Origin: an uncultured archaeon
Lineage (GTDB): Archaea; Thermoplasmatota; Thermoplasmata; Thermoplasmatales; Thermoplasmataceae
DNA length: 64,000 nucleotides
NCBI GenBank assembly: GCA_000965745.1
Contig: CP009479.1
Span: 864,001-928,000, forward strand
Direction: 5' to 3'
Shown here one piece after another: positions 58,354 through 64,000 of the stretch (position 1 is its first letter; each line of letters starts with the position of its first letter). Below the pieces are notes generated by a model. The model ran no database searches, was not told the DNA's origin, and saw only the letters and a list, made by a program, of their open reading frames with translations. A program made the position numbers and the translations under genes.

Positions 58354-58426
58354 GGGCTTGTAGTCTAGCGGTCATGACGTCGCTCTCACACAGCGGAGGT
58401 CGCCGGTTCAAATCCGGCCAGGCCCA
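58354..58426 (+). tRNA. tRNA-Val (CAC)
   Basis: GGGCTTG/CAGGCCC acceptor stem, TCGCT-CTCACAC-AGCGG anticodon arm, GGTTCAAATCC T arm. Confidence 0.96.
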
Positions 58427-58791
58427 TCTAGATTGACGTGATGCTGTAAGGTCTTTTTATTCTCACAGGCAGGGAAAGGGCGTGTACCCAACAATCCAGT
58501 ATTACCTGGAATACACTGTCCGTATGCCATCGGGTCTTTTACAAGGCATGTTCCACAATGGAACAGAGTTGGGAGGTCTGGCAGTCCTTCTTTTCAGGGA
58601 TTTTTCGAGTCTAGAAGCTTGGGGCGCTAACTGAGCTTCATCTATTGATCAATAAGCAACAGTAGATCTGGACGCACTAGTGCAAGTCATTTTCTAGGTC
58701 TGCCTAATAAATATTGAGTGAGTGTTATAAGTTACGCATTAGGTTTAAAAACATATTTGTCATTACTGTCAGTCCGTCTGGATAGATACAA

Positions 58792-59643
58792 ATGGCTGAT
58801 TACAGACATCTTGCTAAATTATTTGCAGGTCGCTGGATTCCCGGTCCCAAGGTGGAAGATGGGATGAGGTTTGCAAACTACCTGAATGGAAAGGGAATCA
58901 CTACAATCCTCAATTATCTCGGGGAAGGCTTCAAGGAGACGAAGGACATGGATCACACTTTTGAGGTGTATGATGAAATCCTAAAGGGCCTTCGGAATTC
59001 TATCAACTACCAAATCTCGATCAAGCCCACTCAGATTGGAATACCTGATTATCCCGAACTTGCCGCTTCTTATTATGACAAGCTGGTAGAAGAAGCAGGC
59101 AGGTACGGAATTTTTGTCTGGGTAGACATGGAAGAATCAAACACTGTCGATGCCACCATTGACTTGTACCTTCGCAAAATAGACAGGCCAAATACAGGCC
59201 TCTGCATACAATCTTACCTTAAGAGGAGTTTTGACGACGTCAAGAACCTCGTGGAGAAGGGAGGAAGGATCAGGCTTGTCAAGGGAGCTTACAATGAGGC
59301 CGAATCAATTGCCTACAAAGAACGGTCGGAAACTACAAAGAACTTCAGCAAGATAATGGATTATCTCTTTGAACACGAGAATTACTTTATGGTGGCTACA
59401 CACGATCTGAACCTTGTGAACGAGGCTATTGAAAAGAACAGGAAATACAACAGGAATTTCCATATTGCAATGCTTAACGGAATAAGGAACAAAGAGGTCC
59501 AGAGACTGGGTTTGCACGGGGCCAGGGTAGCACTTTATGTGCCCTTCGGCGAAGCCTGGATGAGCTATGCTGTCAGGAGACTCAAGGAAACCAGCAATTT
59601 GAGGCTTGTCATGAGATCACTCCTGCAGAGCCAGAAAATATAA
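58792..59643 (+). CDS. Monofunctional proline dehydrogenase
   Basis: LGE, SIKPTQIG, VDME, QSYLKRS, RLVKGAY, ATHD, YVPFG..W..Y..RRL.E. Confidence 0.93.
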   Translation: MADYRHLAKLFAGRWIPGPKVEDGMRFANYLNGKGITTILNYLGEGFKETKDMDHTFEVYDEILKGLRNSINYQISIKPTQIGIPDYPELAASYYDKLVEEAGRYGIFVWVDMEESNTVDATIDLYLRKIDRPNTGLCIQSYLKRSFDDVKNLVEKGGRIRLVKGAYNEAESIAYKERSETTKNFSKIMDYLFEHENYFMVATHDLNLVNEAIEKNRKYNRNFHIAMLNGIRNKEVQRLGLHGARVALYVPFGEAWMSYAVRRLKETSNLRLVMRSLLQSQKI

Positions 59644-59740
59644 TAAACAACCATCAGAAGGACAGCTATTGAGACTTGCAACATTTTTTCGGAATTCTCA
59701 ATAACAAAGATTTTAATATTGCTTGTTAGTAGCAATTTTT

Positions 59741-60832
59741 ATGCTGCTAATTGAGGACAATTTCGTCCCACAGTCAATCAACATGGACAATTTAATTGAA
59801 CTGATGGAGAAAGTATTCAGGGAAGAGGCGGAAGGAAAAGCTGCAAATGCCCCAAGACTAAGATACAGGCTCCCCAAAGAGGAAAGTGAAAGAGTTTTCA
59901 TGTCAAACATCATCTGTGGTGCTTCTGAAGGGCTTGGAGTGGCCGCAGTCAGATATGATGCTACAGTGATGCATGAATACACTTACTCGGGAGGAACAAA
60001 GAGGACAGATTTCGAATATTCTGCAGGCAGGAGCTGGGGGTTCGTAATTCTTTCGAGCCTCAAGACGGGAGAACCGCTTTCAATAATACACGACTTTAGC
60101 TTATCGCCGATCAGGGTCGCTGCCACCACAGCAATCGCAATAAGAAAACTTTCCAGAACCAATTCCAAAATTGTAGGGCTATTTGGGTCAGGCAATGAGG
60201 CAAAGAGAAATATAGAAGCAATATGCAAGGTGAGAGAAGTGGATGAAGTGAGAGTATACAGCCCAAACTTGTCGCACAGGGAAAAATTCTCCAAGCAAAT
60301 GACTGAAGAAATGGGTTTACCATTTCTCCCCGTAGACAATCCGGAAAGTGTAGTCAAGGGCTCAGACATAATAATGTGTGCCACCAATTCCAGTGAACCA
60401 GTTTTCAACGGAGATTTATTGGAAGAAGGACAGACGGTTGCCACGATAGGGGCTTCGGATGTAGTCCACAAAAGAAGAGAGGCTGATGATACAACTTTTA
60501 TGAGAAGTAGAAGATTAGTCTTGAACAGTTATCAGACAGCTGTAACTAACAGACAGTCAGAGATTACAGATCTAATAGATTCAGGAAAGATTAGGCGGGA
60601 GGATGTTCATGACCTTGGCGATGTACTGATCGGAAAATCTGAAGGCAGGAAAAATGATAGAGAGATAGTATATTACAACTCAAATGCTGGGGTCGGCATA
60701 CAATTTGCAGCCACCTGCTATCAGATATTCCAGGCATGCAAGAAAAATGGAACAGGAAGGGAAATTCCAACTGAATGGTTTGGTGCAGATGTATCTGAAT
60801 GGACTGAAAAGGGATACTCACCATCCCCATAA
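59741..60832 (+). CDS. Ornithine cyclodeaminase/mu-crystallin family imine reductase
   Basis: PR, IRVAA, GSGNEA Rossmann motif, CATNS, TIGA, GR....I..Y.S..G...QF. Confidence 0.85.
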   Translation: MLLIEDNFVPQSINMDNLIELMEKVFREEAEGKAANAPRLRYRLPKEESERVFMSNIICGASEGLGVAAVRYDATVMHEYTYSGGTKRTDFEYSAGRSWGFVILSSLKTGEPLSIIHDFSLSPIRVAATTAIAIRKLSRTNSKIVGLFGSGNEAKRNIEAICKVREVDEVRVYSPNLSHREKFSKQMTEEMGLPFLPVDNPESVVKGSDIIMCATNSSEPVFNGDLLEEGQTVATIGASDVVHKRREADDTTFMRSRRLVLNSYQTAVTNRQSEITDLIDSGKIRREDVHDLGDVLIGKSEGRKNDREIVYYNSNAGVGIQFAATCYQIFQACKKNGTGREIPTEWFGADVSEWTEKGYSPSP

Positions 60833-60917
60833 TCATTCACAGGAGAATCTGCATGTATGTAAAAACAAATATCCTGATCTTTATATCAGGAAAAAGGTAT
60901 GAATTGAAGAGCATAGC

Positions 60918-62567
60918 TTGGAACTTTTTTACCCGGGGTGCTCCTATTTGAAAGCAACTTCACTGAGGGGTTTCATTGAGCGCTACGGATCATCCTATCC
61001 GGAGGATGTTTTCACCGAACAGTCTGAAGTTGATATTTTCTATGAGCCAACAGCTTATTACAAGCTTATGGAAACTGAAAACCCCCTGCTATTTTTTACA
61101 AAAATCAGAAAGTTCAGAGATTTCAATCTAGTCACTAATACCTTGGGCAGCAGAAGAAGAATGGCATTTGCCATAGGTACCGAAGAGGAAAACCTATATC
61201 AACAGTGGGACGAGGTCATTTCGAACGATGCTGAACCGAAAGTAATTGAAGGGCACAGCCCGGTCAAGGAAACACTTCAGACTGGCGATGGGCTGGACCT
61301 GTTCGGACTGCCTGCGCCGGCCCACTTTTCCATGGACGGTGAAATAAAGGGTTTCATGAGATACATAACAGGCGGACTTGCCGTGGCAAGGGACCCTTTG
61401 AACCCGGAAACGGTGAATCTGAGTTTCACTCGGATTCAGATAATCGGCAAGGACAGGTATGCATTTGATATGGGGAGCCATGGTCATCTCTGGAATTATG
61501 TTTATAACGCTAGAAAAGAAAGCAAACCAATGCCTTTAACAATATTGATTGGGCCTCACCCCGTTTTCTATATGCTTGCGGCGTCTTTTATCGAGAATGA
61601 ATACTCTCACGCCTCATATTTGGCCGACTTCAGGTATACTCCGGGAGAATTCAATGATATTCCTATTCCCGCTGATACTGAAATTGCAATAGAGGCAGAA
61701 GTCATGTTAAACGAAAACTTCAGTGAGGGTCCGTTCAGTGAATTCACTGGATATATGTCCTCAAGGAGTACTGGCAATGTAGCCAGAGTCAAATCAATAA
61801 TGAGGAAGCGCAATCCTATTTTCTACGATATAGCCGCATCCAATTCGCATGAACACGTTGGCTTGTTCAGCATACCGAGAAACGCCTCGATAATCCGGGG
61901 CATAAAACAATACCTGCCGCCTTCAGGGGGTTATCAGATTGACTGGCCATTCAGTTCTTCACACATGGTGGCTTTGTGCAACGTCAGGAATCCTGAGCCA
62001 GGGCTGTCTAAACAGCTGGGGCTTGCAATAATAGGTCTTGACGCGCTATTTACTAAGATAGTCTTTATTTCTGAGGGCGGACAAAAAGTCCCGAGCCTGG
62101 AAGAAGCTCTGCTAAGTCTCGCAGGTTCCGAAATTATTGAAGGGCATAACCTATTGCTTATTCCGGAAGTCTTCACCATAAAGCTTGATCCTTCCTCATC
62201 AAAGGAAGGGACTAACGGTAAGGCAGTGTTCCTCTTTCATAATTCGGTCACCTCATTCGAAAGAGAAATTCTAGAGAATGCTGTCAGGATCACCAGTGAC
62301 TCAAAAAGTGTGGTATTTTCCCATGAAGAAAACGATGCCTGCAGAGTCAATGTATTGGTAGACCATGATATAGATCTGGATAACACAGACGCAGTGATGT
62401 GGGCGATTGCAACACGAACAAGACCCGACAAGGATATCAGGTTAAATAAAGGAAGACTCGTAATCAATGCAAGATCAAAAACCCGCTTGATAGTTCCTGA
62501 ACTGCCCCCTGAGATTGTTGAGAGGATAAAGAAAAGGCTGAATAGTGCGTCCAGCATAAAAAAATAG
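60918..62567 (+). CDS. UbiD-family (prFMN) decarboxylase
   Basis: H..DG..RYIT.G, NLSFTR, IPADTEIAIE, EGPFSEFTGY, LDPS, VDHDID...VMWAIATR. Confidence 0.88.
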   Translation: MELFYPGCSYLKATSLRGFIERYGSSYPEDVFTEQSEVDIFYEPTAYYKLMETENPLLFFTKIRKFRDFNLVTNTLGSRRRMAFAIGTEEENLYQQWDEVISNDAEPKVIEGHSPVKETLQTGDGLDLFGLPAPAHFSMDGEIKGFMRYITGGLAVARDPLNPETVNLSFTRIQIIGKDRYAFDMGSHGHLWNYVYNARKESKPMPLTILIGPHPVFYMLAASFIENEYSHASYLADFRYTPGEFNDIPIPADTEIAIEAEVMLNENFSEGPFSEFTGYMSSRSTGNVARVKSIMRKRNPIFYDIAASNSHEHVGLFSIPRNASIIRGIKQYLPPSGGYQIDWPFSSSHMVALCNVRNPEPGLSKQLGLAIIGLDALFTKIVFISEGGQKVPSLEEALLSLAGSEIIEGHNLLLIPEVFTIKLDPSSSKEGTNGKAVFLFHNSVTSFEREILENAVRITSDSKSVVFSHEENDACRVNVLVDHDIDLDNTDAVMWAIATRTRPDKDIRLNKGRLVINARSKTRLIVPELPPEIVERIKKRLNSASSIKK

Positions 62568-62572
62568 AAAGG

Positions 62573-62596
62573 TTGAAGGGGTTCAAACCCCTCCAA
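62573..62596. terminator. Hairpin between convergent ubiD-like and MFS genes
   Basis: AGGGGT-TCAA-ACCCCT with flanking TTG/CAA. Confidence 0.4.
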
Positions 62597-62619
62597 TAAT
62601 CAATTACACACCCCCTGTT

Positions 62620-63945
62620 TTACTCTATTCTAACATGTCTTGTTTCTTTCACAAACATAAGTGCGATTATGGATGCAATGACGACTATTATCCCAACCGT
62701 TTCTACATACGGCCACGAATTCAGAAGGCCACCGGATAGAACGATAATTGCCGGTAGAACGAATACAGTAATCAGTCCTGCAATAAGTCCGCCAAATGTG
62801 TATGCAAGGCCAGAACCTGAAGCTCTATATCTGGTGGGAAATGATTCCGCGAAAAGCGTGTTTTGTGACGCAATAGTAAATACCGTGGGACCAAACAGCA
62901 TCATGTCTGCAAAAATGACTAGTCCATGATTCATGGTGTTTACCAGCGGGAAAAATATTATAACACTTACCAGAGCCCAACTTGCACCCAAAACAAGCAT
63001 ATTCCTTCTCCCAAGTCTGCTTCCAAGCACGAATCCAAGCATAAGTGTGAATATTCCAAAGGCAAAAGATATGGATGTTGCGTAGGTGAGAAACACGGGG
63101 GGCAGTCCCTTTGTAGCCAGATATCTCACTGAAAATGGAACTTCTATTGCTGATACAAGGGTGATCATGAATCCTATGGCAAAAGCAAGGAGTATTATTT
63201 TCTTCCAGTAGAGTTTAAGAGTCTGGGAGGCAGGGGAGGCCTCAACAGCTTTTCTATCAATCAAATCTCTCATGAATGGGCTCTCTGCAACTTTGTACCT
63301 GATTACAACACCAATTACAACAAGTGCAGCTCCAAACACGAATGGAATTCTCCACCCTACTGTGACAAAGCTTGCCTTGTAGAATGACGCAAGGGCTGCA
63401 AAGCTTAACGAGGCTGCCAACAACCCAAGAGGCACAGGGGTCGCCCATAGATTCCAAAAAGGTCTCCATTTTGAATTCTTTGATGTTTCTGTTATCCATG
63501 ATACGGCCCCGCCAAATTCTCCTCCTATTCCTATTCCGAAAAGGAGCCTGAAGATGAACAGCAGGGCTATAGATGTAACACCGATTGAAGCATACGGGGG
63601 CGCAAGCCCTATACCTAAAAGTCCAACGCCCATTGCCGTCATGGTCAGCAGAAGGGTAGTTCTTCTTCCGGCTCTATCGGCAACCTGCCCAAAGATGAAC
63701 GCTCCGACTGGGCGTGCCAGAAACACTACTCCAAAGGATGCGAAAGAGAGAGCTGAGGCTAATGATGCATTATGAACCCCCGAAAAGAACACTGCAGGCC
63801 AAACACTTGCCGCAGCAAATGATGCAATAAAAAAATCAAAGTATTCCACAAATCCCCCGAAACCTGCCGCAAGGGTAACCTTCGCAAGTGCATTGGTTGA
63901 ATTCTTCGGTTGTGTCTCTAAATTAACATCGACTGTGGTATCCAC
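62620..63945 (-). CDS. MFS metabolite:H+ symporter (MHS family)
   Basis: EYFDF, RPVGA.IFG..ADR.GRR, RL..GIG.GGE.GGA, WRIPF, ESP, E.FPT.YR.SG. Confidence 0.92.
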   Translation of the reverse strand: MDTTVDVNLETQPKNSTNALAKVTLAAGFGGFVEYFDFFIASFAAASVWPAVFFSGVHNASLASALSFASFGVVFLARPVGAFIFGQVADRAGRRTTLLLTMTAMGVGLLGIGLAPPYASIGVTSIALLFIFRLLFGIGIGGEFGGAVSWITETSKNSKWRPFWNLWATPVPLGLLAASLSFAALASFYKASFVTVGWRIPFVFGAALVVIGVVIRYKVAESPFMRDLIDRKAVEASPASQTLKLYWKKIILLAFAIGFMITLVSAIEVPFSVRYLATKGLPPVFLTYATSISFAFGIFTLMLGFVLGSRLGRRNMLVLGASWALVSVIIFFPLVNTMNHGLVIFADMMLFGPTVFTIASQNTLFAESFPTRYRASGSGLAYTFGGLIAGLITVFVLPAIIVLSGGLLNSWPYVETVGIIVVIASIIALMFVKETRHVRIE

Positions 63946-64000
63946 GACTGATCAACATGATTCACTCGCTTGAAATATTTAAATGTTTACTATTGAAAAC

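Noticed and set aside
58430-58640. Possible IS or integrase remnant after tRNA-Val
   Set aside because: No recognisable transposase motif or terminal repeat pair
62573-62596. tRNA T-arm-like GGTTCAAA hairpin as an att site of tRNA-Val
   Set aside because: The flanks do not match the 3' end of either tRNA
1440-63775. Numerous antisense ORFs rich in Ser/Ile/Phe
   Set aside because: Shadows of well-supported genes on the opposite strand

Overview
Chromosomal window from an archaeon, most likely Thermoplasmatales. This is inferred from the archaeal-type MAT, 620-aa XPD, archaeal SepF, presenilin homolog, class II RNR and nurA-herA-mre11-rad50 operon. Most of the window is housekeeping: xpd, mat, purH, topA, DRG GTPase, ftcD/fhs, nrdJ, asnA, DSB repair and proteases. 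Five accessory or hidden elements stand out. (1) An ~11.2-kb element integrated at the 3' end of tRNA-Leu(GAG), bounded by a 12-bp att repeat (22894-22905 / 34090-34101). It carries an intact tyrosine integrase, a primase-less SF3 helicase with an intragenic iteron array, a GINS-B-like miniprotein, an all-membrane-protein structural operon resembling pleomorphic (pleolipovirus-like) virion proteins, and a radical-SAM + TcmP-like methyltransferase cargo pair. (2) A three-hairpin box H/ACA guide RNA (56495-56690, minus) hidden under an over-extended ORF; one hairpin matches 23S rRNA helix 69. (3) A disrupted ferritin-like/encapsulin fusion. (4) A ProDH / ornithine-cyclodeaminase-family / UbiD / MFS cluster downstream of tRNA-Val(CAC). 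(5) Several deletion-scarred pseudogenes. All family calls come from motif recognition, not database searches.
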